In this document: piece by piece, positions 29,701 to 39,331 of the stretch
Layout: each line of letters starts with the position of its first letter
Position numbering within the stretch: the first letter of the stretch is position 1
The notes under the pieces: model-generated
Databases searched by the model: none
Told to the model about the DNA's origin: nothing
Seen by the model: only the letters and a program-made list of their open reading frames with translations
Source of the DNA: Candidatus Cloacimonadales bacterium
GTDB taxonomy: Bacteria > Cloacimonadota > Cloacimonadia > Cloacimonadales > JAIOQZ01
Assembly (NCBI GenBank): GCA_963662655.2
Contig: CAXXTU010000002.1
Location: 1,728,001 to 1,792,000 of the forward strand
Direction: 5' to 3'
DNA length: 64,000 nucleotides
Made by a program: the position numbers and the translations under genes

Positions 29701-30375
29701 TGGGCGAACTGCGGGATGATGCCTCAGGTGAAATCGGGTGACGAATACGTTTGCCACAGCCCCAATCCACCGACTGTGGTCGGAGATTTCCTTTCCGAGA
29801 TCGGCGGTACCGACTGGAACCAGGAAACGACACTTACAAGCATGAACGACAACGGAACCGACGGTGACGAAGCTGCCGGAGACGGTCGTTTCAGCCTTCT
29901 GGTGAACATTCCAGGCGGCGATTACGAGTTCAAGGTAGTCCTCAATAACAACTGGGATCAGAACACATCCGGAAATGTAAACCTCCACATACCTTCGGCA
30001 GGATCGGAAGTGCTTTTCGTATACGAGATGTTCCAGAACCTTGTGTTCGTAAATGTTTTCAATGATGTTACGGAAGATCAGGCTGGCGATGTACCGGCGA
30101 TCCCGACAATCCAGTCTGTTTACCCGAATCCATTCAATCCGGACGTGAACATACGTTTCTCGCTTCCACACTCAGCGCATGTGGAAATCGACGTGTACAA
30201 CGTTGTTGGCCAGAAGGTTAAGAAACTCGTCAACGACATGATGGACGCAGGTAAACACAGCATTGTATGGCATGGCGATACCAATGAAGGGAAAACGTCA
30301 TCGTCCGGCGTGTATTTCTTCGTGTTGAAGACAGGCGACCAGAAATATGTGAAACGGGCGGTCATGATAAAATAG
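26797..30375 (+). CDS. Secreted multidomain GH57-like alpha-glucan-active enzyme with starch-binding-like modules and FlgD/T9SS-like CTD
   Basis: HHGNQ (variant of HxHQP), WVPERVW nucleophile, GTDWE acid/base; VG....W...YE(Y/F)KV modules; YPNPFNP C-terminus. Confidence 0.8.
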   Translation: MRKTLSFLTLFALVLPMLAIALNGDPKSWDSNDFIGFDQIGDSDFADISSTYARIEDGRLYYRITFVNMSQRSDNRMTGDRFADSDASLSLMITDNALTQELSVPLSDITVRNGQYHSVRTPQNNMLEIEMPWSGSSSTETVRFDCCIEHDGRIVEKFTDPLTDSGRGGSRGGNAAFVHHGNQGLTYTEVFYGQYPQETSGFDEVLEVHQATGIPGNFHMSGTLMPAAEWHNPEFNDWLVNGVENGYCAMLSSALGQHIMPFVQNEMNNWAVSVESDMVAYRYGYEPHVAWVPERVWLNPGEYPEAGVIDWLGDNWVQHGVNAVILDDSPHLWSGDNHKIHWMNNNQGITLRCIPIDNEFVGYMHYDAGSAMNRINSTGQYGICVYGTDWEVAAEMNEHHDSSFLDNYESVLWYCHDNYPAVNIWALDSAINNSDFNGNGIDITPGTYGLCGGGDGYGGSNNSWYTNWAGTGSHSDQHSPQWNYGTVWNNAYENIMASPDNTLSQLAWYVLMINLHETAWHTSGEIADWEHRYSAHMKNANVYAEASRWANGDYEHTSAAYLSDIDRDGVDELVMHNDKIFAVFESIGGRAQWMFCKDGNGNATSVVGSDVAYYSETDGDYNEGSSNHVAAFSDVSPNYQHSLYAFDILQGEGDQLIVTFTHEGVFRYCTLDTGNSYIDVSNTINTGDLYTKSGWTPDLLDIIWSGKSHIQRMWGDDASYAGRRNSATGATAAYVLGTAGASHNGTFEGTLVMGDEIKGSGTFRYFLYAGYTSDPYDEYYTKVTELDNLATQLADDIPPQIVNSAAYHAGNNVLQIVFNEDVSQATAENADNYSLNGFSGTYEVSDVMLSHSRKVTLWLDGTIQPGDSGNVIVSGVEDLNGNVIQNGANQAALTSMVMPHLVGTMNSWTPSNLDYDFEIVANGLWKLTTTLPAGSNEYKVIESNDWDSNDWPSENQIIELDVDTEITFWANCGMMPQVKSGDEYVCHSPNPPTVVGDFLSEIGGTDWNQETTLTSMNDNGTDGDEAAGDGRFSLLVNIPGGDYEFKVVLNNNWDQNTSGNVNLHIPSAGSEVLFVYEMFQNLVFVNVFNDVTEDQAGDVPAIPTIQSVYPNPFNPDVNIRFSLPHSAHVEIDVYNVVGQKVKKLVNDMMDAGKHSIVWHGDTNEGKTSSSGVYFFVLKTGDQKYVKRAVMIK

Positions 30376-30503
30376 GAACTGAGTTTGAAAAAGAAGGTTC
30401 GGAGGCGATAATCCGAAACCAGAATATACGGGGGTTGCATCGAGGATTGATCATGCGACCCCCGAAGCTTTGAGAATTGAGAAAATTGATCTTGCAGTAT
30501 GCC

Positions 30504-30628
30504 GCACGGGGCATCTTCGCCCGATCCCCGCTCCGGTGTGTATATACCACATCTTTGAACTATCGAACAAAATAATAAGATGTGGAACAACACACCTCCG
30601 CAGCGATCGAACGAATCTGCTCCCGCGC
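30504..30628 (-). repeat. Dispersed hairpin element copy C
   Basis: Minus strand: gcgcggg-A-gca-GA-ttcgttcgatc...gt-tgttc-cacatctt..aagatgtg-gtatat-ac...gatcgggcgaa-GA-tgc-cccgtgc. Confidence 0.88.
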
Positions 30629-30661
30629 TTGTATTGTAAGCACTCACGAGAAGGAGAAATC

Positions 30662-30976
30662 ATGCAAGACATCCATGTAATATGCGAGTTGGTCGTTGTC
30701 ACCTACGACATAGGACCGAGCCTCTCGCCGTTTGTATCGCGCGTTGTGAAGCTGATCAAGGAAGATCGGAGGGTTGAGCATCAGCTCTGTCCTATGGGGT
30801 CGGTAATCGAAGGCCGTTGGGAGGATGTGATGAATCTTGTGGATCGCATCATGAGGACCTTCGCGCCGGATTTCGAGCGCGTGGGGATAACGTTGAAGGT
30901 CGATTATCGCCGGAGCAAGAAGGATCGGATCAGGGGTAAGGTGCAGTCGGTCGAAGAGAAGATGTCGAAGCTGTAA
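30662..30976 (+). CDS. MTH1187/YkoF-like thiamine-binding protein
   Basis: SLSPFV...L.PMGSVIEG.W..V...RV...LKVDYR...KVQSVEEK. Confidence 0.85.
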   Translation: MQDIHVICELVVVTYDIGPSLSPFVSRVVKLIKEDRRVEHQLCPMGSVIEGRWEDVMNLVDRIMRTFAPDFERVGITLKVDYRRSKKDRIRGKVQSVEEKMSKL

Positions 30977-31084
30977 TCGATTTTGCTGGTCACAATGGCG
31001 AATGAAAATAAAATTTGATTGACGAAATAGCAATTTGAGAACGTGTTACATAAAATATTAATTTCAACGATCGAGAGGAATAGT

Positions 31085-33154
31085 ATGAAGTATCGATTAC
31101 TGGCAATTTTTCTGATTCTCATCGCTTGCTTATCTGCACAGGAATTATCGGAGATGCGTGTAGTCGGCAATGCTCAGCGACTCGGCAATGAGATGGTGAG
31201 TCACAGCATCACGGACGCCAACGGCGAGATTTGCGCGGGTGTGGTGATCGTGTCGGATCTCATCGGTTTAACTTTCGACTCGTACAACGGCGTTGTGAAA
31301 GTCGATCAGTCCAAGCCGGGAGAAAGCACGCTTTACGTATCTCCGGGCGAGCGCGTGGTGCAGGTGTATAAAACCGGCTTCAAGCCTCTGAAGATCATGC
31401 TGTACGATTCGGGAATCCGGACACTGGAGAGTGGCCAGGTATGGAAGATCGAGATAACCGGCACCGTAAAGCTCGATATGATTCCGATCGTGATCAACAC
31501 AGATCCAGAGGGAGCATCCATATTTCTCGACGATGAGAATATCGGTACGGGAACGACGTTCAAAGCTGTTCCCGGAAAGCATAGACTGCGGGTGGAAATG
31601 CAAGGCTACGCGACCGGCGAGAAAGAGATCGAGGTCGATGTGGATCACATCCTGTTCGACATCAAGCTTCAGGAAATCTCGCAGCAGATCGTGACCATCA
31701 AATCCGTTCCTCCGGGAGCGACGATCTTTCTCAACAACATGCAGGAAGGCCAGACGGACAAGCAACTCCTGCGCTATCCGGGCATCTACGATCTGCGCCT
31801 CATGCTGGAGAAATACCGCACGGTGGAAGAGAAGATCACCATCTCCGAGAACGGCCCGAATACCTTTGCTTATACGCTGGAGAAGCTCGCGGCGACCCTG
31901 ACGGTTCAGGTCGTGCCGGCGGACGCCGAAATCTATCTGAACTCGCGGAAGCTTGATAGCAACGTCGTGGAGATATCTCCCGGAATGCACAAGCTGGAAG
32001 TGCGACACGGATCCTACGAATCCGAGTCGCGAACCATCACCGCACCGAAGGGTCAGGACATCATCGAGCGTTTCACCCTCAAGGCGAAACAGGGCCGCTT
32101 CATCGTGGTTGTCGAGCCGATGGACGCGTCCGTTACCATGCTCTCCGGTCAGAAGATCGTAAGCTCGTGGACGGGATCAAAGGAATTCGATCAGATTCTT
32201 ACAGGAGAATATCAACTCGTGGTGAACAAATCGGGCTACAAGGAGCAAACGCTTCTTGTGAGAATCGACGAAGATCAGACCAAATCCATGACGGTTGTTC
32301 TGGAAAAGGGTGAATCCACTCCGGGAACAGCCGCTCAGGAGAAGCCCAAAACCGCCCCGAACATCCAGATTCGCGGTTCCGAAGGCAATATGGTTTTCGT
32401 TCAGGGCGGAAAGTTCATGATGGGGGATGAATTCGGCGACGGCGTCAACAACGAGCGTCCGGTGCACGAACTTACGATCAAGAGCTTTTACATGGGTAAA
32501 TTCGAGGTCACGCAGCAGGAATGGGAAAGCCTGATGAGTTCCAACCCATCCAGTATCAAGGGACCCCAATTGCCGGTTACGAACATCACATTCCTCGAAA
32601 TGCTCGTTTTCTGCAACAGACTCAGCGAACAGCACGGGCTTCAACCCGTTTATAAAATGGACACGAACAAGGTAACCTACGATTGGAGATCGCGCTCCGT
32701 TCAACGTATGGAATGGGAGTACGATGAATTCGCCAACGGCTACCGTCTGCCACTCGAGAAAGAATGGGAGTACGCTGCGAAAGGCGGCGCCATGGCCACG
32801 CATACAAAATACAGTGGAAGCAACAACATTGATGACGTCGCGTGGTTCTCCACAAACTCGCAACGCAAGACACATCCGGGCGGTGAGAAGCAGCCGAACG
32901 AACTCGGGATATACGACATGAGCGGAAACGCCTGGGAGGCATGCTACGACTGGTATGACCGCGCTCATTACACCCGTCAGAGCAAAGCCCCGGATAAATA
33001 CCCGCAAGGCCCGACCCGCGGCAACCGGAGAATCCGGCGCGGCGGCGGGTACTCCGACAAGGGCAACACATGCACCGTCTCGTACCGGCACAGCTTCAGT
33101 CCCGCCAAGCCAAGCAATGTCGTGGGGCTCAGGGTAGTCCGCAACGCGGAATAG
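31085..33154 (+). CDS. PEGA-repeat + FGE-sulfatase (SUMF1) domain protein
   Basis: PEGA repeats (TDPEGASIFLD, SVPPGATIFLN); C-terminal F.MG...EVTQ...RLP.E.EWEYAAKGG...PNELGIYDMSGNAWE. Confidence 0.88.
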   Translation: MKYRLLAIFLILIACLSAQELSEMRVVGNAQRLGNEMVSHSITDANGEICAGVVIVSDLIGLTFDSYNGVVKVDQSKPGESTLYVSPGERVVQVYKTGFKPLKIMLYDSGIRTLESGQVWKIEITGTVKLDMIPIVINTDPEGASIFLDDENIGTGTTFKAVPGKHRLRVEMQGYATGEKEIEVDVDHILFDIKLQEISQQIVTIKSVPPGATIFLNNMQEGQTDKQLLRYPGIYDLRLMLEKYRTVEEKITISENGPNTFAYTLEKLAATLTVQVVPADAEIYLNSRKLDSNVVEISPGMHKLEVRHGSYESESRTITAPKGQDIIERFTLKAKQGRFIVVVEPMDASVTMLSGQKIVSSWTGSKEFDQILTGEYQLVVNKSGYKEQTLLVRIDEDQTKSMTVVLEKGESTPGTAAQEKPKTAPNIQIRGSEGNMVFVQGGKFMMGDEFGDGVNNERPVHELTIKSFYMGKFEVTQQEWESLMSSNPSSIKGPQLPVTNITFLEMLVFCNRLSEQHGLQPVYKMDTNKVTYDWRSRSVQRMEWEYDEFANGYRLPLEKEWEYAAKGGAMATHTKYSGSNNIDDVAWFSTNSQRKTHPGGEKQPNELGIYDMSGNAWEACYDWYDRAHYTRQSKAPDKYPQGPTRGNRRIRRGGGYSDKGNTCTVSYRHSFSPAKPSNVVGLRVVRNAE

Positions 33155-33162
33155 AGGGCTGA

Positions 33163-35004
33163 ATGAGACGTCTCACGCTGATTCTGCTGATCATCGTCCT
33201 GCCGTTTATCATGGCTGCACAGACCATCCAGGAGATAAAGGCCGGAAGCGAGTACTACTGGGGCGACGCTACCGCAGATAGCGAGCAGCAGGCCTCTGAC
33301 GCGGCCTTGCGGCGCTTGATGAATCAGATATCGGTTCGAATCGTCTCATCCTATCAAGGCAAGCTTAAAGAAACCGACGGCAGCGTTGAGGAATCGGTCG
33401 AATCAATCGTGAACACGCATTCCACAGCGACGCTTCGCAATGTGGAAACGATCAAGACTTCTCTTCCTGAAGGCATTTACGTCCTTCACTACATACACCG
33501 TGGCGAAGTCCAGAAAATCTGGGACAACCGCAAAAAACTCATCTACGACATCTTCAGTCAGGCCAGCGAAATGGAAGCGTCCGGAAACCTGGGCAACGCC
33601 CTCAAATGGTACTACTTCTGCACCGTGCTGATCAACTCGCTGCCCGAAGAAACCGTCAGATATCAAGAACACAATTTCAGCATCGAAGCGCCGGCGAGCA
33701 TCAACCGCATTCTGCAGGGGATCAACTTCAGTTTCGATAGCGAGCAGCTTTATACGGACAACGAACGCATCATCGATCTACGTATCGACTACCGGGGCAA
33801 GCCGGTTTCCTACCTCGAATTCTCCTTCTGGGACGGCTACGACCAGATACGCGTCACCGGAAAAGACGGTAAGGCAACCGTTCACCTGCTCGGATCCAGC
33901 AAGGACTTCGACAAGCTCGATATCGAGACGCGATACGCCTTCCCGGAGTGCCGCAACGAATACAAGACCGTGAGCGACCTCTGGGATCTGGTCAACAAGC
34001 CCACCTTCAAAGATCGCAAGCGTGTGATGCTCGATAGACCGGGCGAACCCTCCCGGCATGCGCAGAAAATGAAGAGGGGAAAGATGAGCGAACGAGTAAC
34101 CTCGGTCGACCAACTCGACATCACGTTCCATGACGAGACGCCGTGCCCGGTCAAGGAAACCATCGAACAGCAAACACTTGACGTGCTGCCGCTGTTCAAC
34201 GTGAAGGACCGCTTCGAGGCGGCGAGTCATTTCTCCAGCGATCCCTTCCTCAGCAGCAAATTCAAGAGAATCCTGCGCTACAACCAGCCCAGCGTTGTCC
34301 ATACCGAGTTCGAGGCAGAGATCAATCCCACGGCAACCGGATGGGAAAGCCGCAAGTTTACGGTGCTCAACGAGTATCCCACCCTCAAGAAGCAGGTCAC
34401 GGAACACCTGGTGTACGATTACACTCCGGACGGCATGCTCGAGGACATCAACTACAGCATTCTCGACGACCTGTATCAGGACTTTGTTGCAAAAAGCAAG
34501 CTGGGGAACGACTGGGAGAACCGGCAGGTGATCATCAAGTTTGTTGAGAAATACCGCACCGCCTACATGAATCGCGATTCCGAACTGCTCGAATCGATCT
34601 TCTCCGACGACGCGGTGATCATCGTCGGAAGGATACTGACTCCCGCAGAAAAAACCCGGGACTACAAGTACGACAAGCTCAACGAAGATCAGCCGGATGT
34701 GGAATACATCCGCATGACCAAAGACGAATACATGCAACGCCAGAAAGCGACATTCGCGAAGCAGCAGGATATCTACCTGGGATTCTCGACCTTCCGCATC
34801 ACACGAAAGAACAACCTGCAAGGCGTTTACGGCGTCAGCATGCGACAACACTACAACTCAACTGGCTACTCGGACGAAGGCTACCTCTTCCTGCTTATCG
34901 ATTTCAACGACGCAGAACCCAAAATCTACGTCCGCTCCTGGCAACCCCAGGAATGGGAAGAAGAAAAGCTCATCCAGCTCTCCAACTTCAGGATACATAA
35001 GTAA
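33163..35004 (+). CDS. Secreted protein, LPP20-like N-terminus and NTF2/SnoaL-like C-terminus
   Basis: Signal peptide; YYWG.A......A...AL..L; FVEKYRTAY..RD...L..IFSDDA.IIVG. Confidence 0.65.
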   Translation: MRRLTLILLIIVLPFIMAAQTIQEIKAGSEYYWGDATADSEQQASDAALRRLMNQISVRIVSSYQGKLKETDGSVEESVESIVNTHSTATLRNVETIKTSLPEGIYVLHYIHRGEVQKIWDNRKKLIYDIFSQASEMEASGNLGNALKWYYFCTVLINSLPEETVRYQEHNFSIEAPASINRILQGINFSFDSEQLYTDNERIIDLRIDYRGKPVSYLEFSFWDGYDQIRVTGKDGKATVHLLGSSKDFDKLDIETRYAFPECRNEYKTVSDLWDLVNKPTFKDRKRVMLDRPGEPSRHAQKMKRGKMSERVTSVDQLDITFHDETPCPVKETIEQQTLDVLPLFNVKDRFEAASHFSSDPFLSSKFKRILRYNQPSVVHTEFEAEINPTATGWESRKFTVLNEYPTLKKQVTEHLVYDYTPDGMLEDINYSILDDLYQDFVAKSKLGNDWENRQVIIKFVEKYRTAYMNRDSELLESIFSDDAVIIVGRILTPAEKTRDYKYDKLNEDQPDVEYIRMTKDEYMQRQKATFAKQQDIYLGFSTFRITRKNNLQGVYGVSMRQHYNSTGYSDEGYLFLLIDFNDAEPKIYVRSWQPQEWEEEKLIQLSNFRIHK

Positions 35005-35024
35005 AACCTTCATACCTCACAAGA

Positions 35025-35147
35025 GTGAAGCAGATTCGTTCGATCGCCGTCTGTGCAGGGTGTTTCACAGCCTTGCTACTTTATTCTCTTTGATTTGCAA
35101 GGCTGTGGTATATCCCTGTGCAGACGGCGATCGGGCGAAGATGCCAC
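35025..35147 (+). repeat. Dispersed hairpin element copy D (best-paired exemplar)
   Basis: gca-GA-ttcgttcgatc-gccgtctgtgcag-gg-tgttt-cacagccttgc[20 nt]gcaaggctgtg-gtatat-cc-ctgtgcagacggc-gatcgggcgaa-GA-tgc. Confidence 0.9.
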
Positions 35148-35203
35148 GAAGCTGCAAAAGGAACGAAAACACACCGCCTGCAGCCTCCCCTCTCTCCATC
35201 CCT

Positions 35204-35243
35204 ATCCTGTATATCCTGCGAATCCTGCAAATCCTGATTCTGA
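35204..35243. repeat. 9-bp period short repeat (ATCCTG core)
   Basis: atcctg at 35204, 35213, 35222, 35231, then attctg. Confidence 0.75.
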
Positions 35244-35263
35244 CATCTCCCAGCTTCATTCAC

Positions 35264-35296
35264 AAAAAAAAGCCCCCACCTTATCGATGGGGGCTC
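35264..35296 (-). terminator. Intrinsic terminator of the kor-mce-mmd operon
   Basis: aaaaaaa-agccccca...tgggggct. Confidence 0.75.
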
Positions 35297-35311
35297 ACAG
35301 TATATAATCGT

Positions 35312-36424
35312 CTATCCCAAAATACCCAGCAGCACACCGGCAGCCACAGCGGAACCGATCACACCGGCCACGTTGGGCGCCATCGCGTGCATAAGCAGGT
35401 AATTCGATTTGTCGTAGGCCCTACCCACATTGTGAACAACGCGAGCGCTGTCCGGAACAGCCGAAACGCCGGATGCTCCAATCATGGGATTGAGCTTTTC
35501 CTTGAGGAAGAGATTCATCAGCTTGGCGAAAAGCACGCCACCTGCGGTAGCAACGCAGAAAGAAAACGCGCCAAGCGCAAAAATCTTCACCGAGTCGACC
35601 TTCAGGAATACGTCGGCCTGCGTACTTGCGCCCACGCTGAATCCCAGGACGATGGTAATGATATCGATCAACGCATTGCGAGCGGTATTCGCCAAACGCT
35701 CGGTAACGCCACTCTCTTTGAGCAGATTCCCGAAGAAAAGCATGCCTAAAAGCGCGGATGCGCCCGGAGCGATGCAGATCGTAACGATACCGGCAATCAG
35801 CGGGAAGAATATCTTCTCGCGCTTGCTGACAAGTCGCGGGGTTTTCATCTTGATGAGGCGTTCCTTACGGGTGGTCAGCGCTTTGATAATGGGCGGCTGA
35901 ATCACCGGAACGAGCGCCATGTAGGAATACGCCGCAATCGCGATGGGACCCACCAGATGCGGAGCCAGCTTCGATGACAGGAAGATCGATGTCGGGCCGT
36001 CCGCCCCACCGATGATACCGATCGCGCCGGCTTCCCCAATGGAGAATCCAAGCATGATCGCGCCGAAGAACGTTGCGAAGATACCCACCTGTGCCGCCGC
36101 GCCGAGAAGAATCAGCTTCGGATTCGCAATGAGAGTAGAGAAGTCGGTCATAGCACCAATTCCGAGGAAAATCAGCGGAGGATAAATTCCGCCGGTCACC
36201 CCGAAGTACATTTGGTTGAAAACCGATCCTAAATCATACACGCCCAAGCTGCCCGGAATGTTTCCCAGGATGATACCGAATCCGATCGGCACCAGCAGAA
36301 GCGGTTCGTAGTCTTTGGCGATTCCCAGATATATGAACGCCAACCCCACGACGATCATCACGCCGTATTGCCAGGTAAACTGGGCAAAAGCGGTTGTCCC
36401 GATAAAGTGAAGTAGTTCCGCCAT
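35312..36424 (-). CDS. mmdB: Na+-translocating decarboxylase beta subunit (MmdB/OadB)
   Basis: EPLLLVPIGFG, IGIIGGADGPTSI, AAYSYMALVPVIQPP, GVSAVP. Confidence 0.93.
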   Translation of the reverse strand: MAELLHFIGTTAFAQFTWQYGVMIVVGLAFIYLGIAKDYEPLLLVPIGFGIILGNIPGSLGVYDLGSVFNQMYFGVTGGIYPPLIFLGIGAMTDFSTLIANPKLILLGAAAQVGIFATFFGAIMLGFSIGEAGAIGIIGGADGPTSIFLSSKLAPHLVGPIAIAAYSYMALVPVIQPPIIKALTTRKERLIKMKTPRLVSKREKIFFPLIAGIVTICIAPGASALLGMLFFGNLLKESGVTERLANTARNALIDIITIVLGFSVGASTQADVFLKVDSVKIFALGAFSFCVATAGGVLFAKLMNLFLKEKLNPMIGASGVSAVPDSARVVHNVGRAYDKSNYLLMHAMAPNVAGVIGSAVAAGVLLGILG

Positions 36425-36425
36425 A

Positions 36426-37172
36426 TCAGTCTCCCAATTCGACTAATATATCGTGTTCCTGAACGGTATCGCCTTTCTTCACACGAACGGCTTTCACCTT
36501 GCCGGCCCACGGGGTAGGCACTTCGGATTCCATCTTCATCGCTTCCAGAATCACCACGGTATCTTCCGCTTGAAGCACGTCGCCTTCCTTCACCAGGACG
36601 TCGAGAATGATGCCAGGCATGGGAGACGTGATGTTCTTCGCACCGGTCGGCTGCGGTTTTGGTTGCGGCTTGCTTGCCGGAGCTGTTTTACCGCTGATGC
36701 CTTCGCCAACGGGTTTCGCAGGCTTGGCAGGAGCTGGTTCGGCTGGTTTTTCGAGGCTCTCTATCAGGATGAGTGTTTGACCTTCCTGAACGGATTCGCC
36801 CTTGGAGCACCGTATCTTCGTGATCGTGCCGTCAAACGGCGCTACGATCTCCGATTCCATCTTCATCGCTTCGAGAATCACCAGCACATCGCCGGCTTTC
36901 ACCACATCCTTTTCCTTCACGGGAATGGAAATGATGACGCCAGGAAGCGGCGCTGAAATCTCGCCGTTCGATCGGGATCCCGAAGAAAGCTTCGGAACGC
37001 TCGCTGCGGAAGTGCTGGAGCGGACAAGCTTCGGTGAATGGCTCACCTCATCCTGTTCGAGCTCGACGAAATATTCGAGATCGTTGACGGTAACTTTTGC
37101 CGTCAGCCCATCGTACGTGCGAACACGCGCATTGTAGGTCTGACCGTTTATTTTCATTCGATATGTTTTCAT
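36426..37172 (-). CDS. mmdC: Biotin carrier subunit with two biotinyl domains
   Basis: LEAMKME occurs twice, joined by a Pro/Ala/Lys linker. Confidence 0.88.
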   Translation of the reverse strand: MKTYRMKINGQTYNARVRTYDGLTAKVTVNDLEYFVELEQDEVSHSPKLVRSSTSAASVPKLSSGSRSNGEISAPLPGVIISIPVKEKDVVKAGDVLVILEAMKMESEIVAPFDGTITKIRCSKGESVQEGQTLILIESLEKPAEPAPAKPAKPVGEGISGKTAPASKPQPKPQPTGAKNITSPMPGIILDVLVKEGDVLQAEDTVVILEAMKMESEVPTPWAGKVKAVRVKKGDTVQEHDILVELGD

Positions 37173-37768
37173 GATCTCCCCTTCGCCTGGAAATAGGTTT
37201 GGTTCGGCATTGCAGATCTGGATGAACCACGCCACAGGGAAAGCGGTGCGCGTTTCCAGGTCAAAAGAAGTTTCTGACGTTCTTCCGCTTCGGCGATGTG
37301 CAAATGAAGCGCTGTTATCACGGCAATGATTGCATTGGTGCTGATATCGGGTTGTGGCCCGGTTACCTTGCCAATAGAGGTCTTGACCGTTTGCTCGGGT
37401 GTGTTGACCTTTTTCGGCTTCTGGTTGATATGCTTGATCTGTGAGATGATGACGCCCGTCACGATCAGACTCAGGAACACCACGAGCATACCCGTGATCG
37501 TGATGGACGTACAGAAAGCCATTAAATTCCCGTGGAAATCCTTATGGACTTCCTCGAGCTGTTCCTTCGTAATCCCCAATTCACCGATTGTGGATGTTCT
37601 CGGGGTCTCGTGAGGAAGTTCCAGCTTCTGAACAAGCTTCTTCACCGGCATCTTCATCGCTCTGGCAGTCTGCAACAGCGTCATGTCGCCAGTCACGGAA
37701 AGCTTGTCTTCCGCCCATACAGCCGAAGCAATCAATACAATCAGGAGAATCGACAAGAAGGTTCTCAT
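37169..37768 (-). CDS. OadG/MmdD-type membrane anchor subunit with exported N-terminal domain
   Basis: ITGMLVVFLSL TM, AIIAVITALHLH, C-terminal SLW; operon position. Confidence 0.78.
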   Translation of the reverse strand: MRTFLSILLIVLIASAVWAEDKLSVTGDMTLLQTARAMKMPVKKLVQKLELPHETPRTSTIGELGITKEQLEEVHKDFHGNLMAFCTSITITGMLVVFLSLIVTGVIISQIKHINQKPKKVNTPEQTVKTSIGKVTGPQPDISTNAIIAVITALHLHIAEAEERQKLLLTWKRAPLSLWRGSSRSAMPNQTYFQAKGRS

Positions 37769-37780
37769 GTCATCTCCTTC

Positions 37781-39331
37781 CTATAAAGGCATGTTGCCAT
37801 GTTTTTTAGGCGGATTGCTGTCCTTCTTGGTGGCCAGCATCTCCAGCGCGCGAATAACTCTGAAACGGGTTACAGATGGCTCGATCACGTCGTCGACGTA
37901 ACCTTTCTCCGCCGCGGCATAAGGATTGGCGAATTTATCGCGATATTCCTGTTCTTTCTCGGTGAGTACCTTGTCGGGATTGGCAGATTCCTTGGCTTCC
38001 TTACGGAAGATGATCTCCACCGCTCCCTTGGGACCCATCACAGCGATCTCCGCCGACGGCCATGCGTAGACGACATCCGCACGCATGTGACGGCTGTTCA
38101 TCACGCAGTACGCGCCACCGTAAGCCTTGCGCAGGATAACGGTGATCTTTGGCACCGTCGCTTCCGCGAAAGCGAACAACAGCTTCGCGCCGTTGCGGAT
38201 AATTCCGTTGTGCTCCTGATTCGATCCCGGAAGGAATCCGGGAACGTCCTCCAGCACGAGAATCGGGATGTTGAACGAATCGCAGAAGCGGATGAATCGC
38301 GCCGCTTTGATCGATGCGTCGATATCCAGAACGCCGGCAAGGAACTTCGGCTGATTTGCGATGAAACCGACCGAGTAACCGTTCATGCGACCGAAGCCCG
38401 TGACAATATTCTGCGCGAAGTTTCTGGCAACTTCCAGGAATTCGCCGTCGTCAACCAGCAGGCTGATGACATCAAGAATGTTGTATGGCTTGTTCGGGTT
38501 GTCCGGGATGATCGAGTTGAGCTCGTCGCTCTTGCGATCGATCGGATCCGTCGTGGGAACGTAAGGCGGGTCTTCCAGGTTGTTTGAGGGCAGGTAGCTC
38601 AGCAGCTTCTGGATCAGCAGGATGGTTTCCTGCTCGTTATCCGTGATGAACTGTGCCACACCGCTCTTGCTGGCGTGGATTTGAGCTCCGCCGAGACCTT
38701 CCGTCGAAATGTCTTCGTTCAGAACGGTCTTAACCACCTTGGGGCCCGTAACGAACATATAGCTGGACTCGCGGTCCATAATGATGAAATCGGTGATGGC
38801 GGGGGAATATACCGCGCCACCGGCACACGGGCCGAGGATCGCCGATATCTGCGGGATCACGCCGGAAGCCTGCACGTTGCGCCAGAAGATTTCTGCGTAA
38901 CCGGCAAGCGCGTCAACGCCTTCCTGAATACGAGCGCCACCGGAATCGTTGAGACCGATAACCGGAGCTCCCACCTTCATCGCCATGTCCATGATCTTGC
39001 ATATCTTGTCGGCGTAGGTTTTGGAAAGCGATCCACCAAAGACGGTGAAATCCTGCGCAAAGATGTAAACCAGACGCTTGTTGATGGTAGCGCAACCGGT
39101 AATTACACCGTCGCCGGCAATACGGCTTTTCTCGAGTCCGAAGTTGTGACTCTGATGTTTTACAAACATGTCGAACTCTTCAAAGCTTTCAGGGTCAACC
39201 AGCGCTTTGATTCGTTCACGGGCAGTCATTTTACCCTTGGCGTGTTGATCGTCAATTCGTTTCTGACCGCCGCCAAGCTCTGCTTCTTCTCTCATTGCGC
39301 GAAGCTTGGCGATCTGGTTATTCATTTCCAT
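37781..39331 (-). CDS. mmdA: Methylmalonyl-CoA decarboxylase alpha / acyl-CoA carboxyltransferase subunit
   Basis: [39 protein letters not shown]. Confidence 0.92.
   Translation of the reverse strand: MEMNNQIAKLRAMREEAELGGGQKRIDDQHAKGKMTARERIKALVDPESFEEFDMFVKHQSHNFGLEKSRIAGDGVITGCATINKRLVYIFAQDFTVFGGSLSKTYADKICKIMDMAMKVGAPVIGLNDSGGARIQEGVDALAGYAEIFWRNVQASGVIPQISAILGPCAGGAVYSPAITDFIIMDRESSYMFVTGPKVVKTVLNEDISTEGLGGAQIHASKSGVAQFITDNEQETILLIQKLLSYLPSNNLEDPPYVPTTDPIDRKSDELNSIIPDNPNKPYNILDVISLLVDDGEFLEVARNFAQNIVTGFGRMNGYSVGFIANQPKFLAGVLDIDASIKAARFIRFCDSFNIPILVLEDVPGFLPGSNQEHNGIIRNGAKLLFAFAEATVPKITVILRKAYGGAYCVMNSRHMRADVVYAWPSAEIAVMGPKGAVEIIFRKEAKESANPDKVLTEKEQEYRDKFANPYAAAEKGYVDDVIEPSVTRFRVIRALEMLATKKDSNPPKKHGNMPL

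Noticed and set aside
35025..35147. Canonical integron attC sites or intrinsic terminators for the hairpin family
   Set aside because: No RYYYAAC/GTTRRRY ends, no integrase, no cassette array; no U-tract and the well-folding strand is antisense to co-directional flanking genes.
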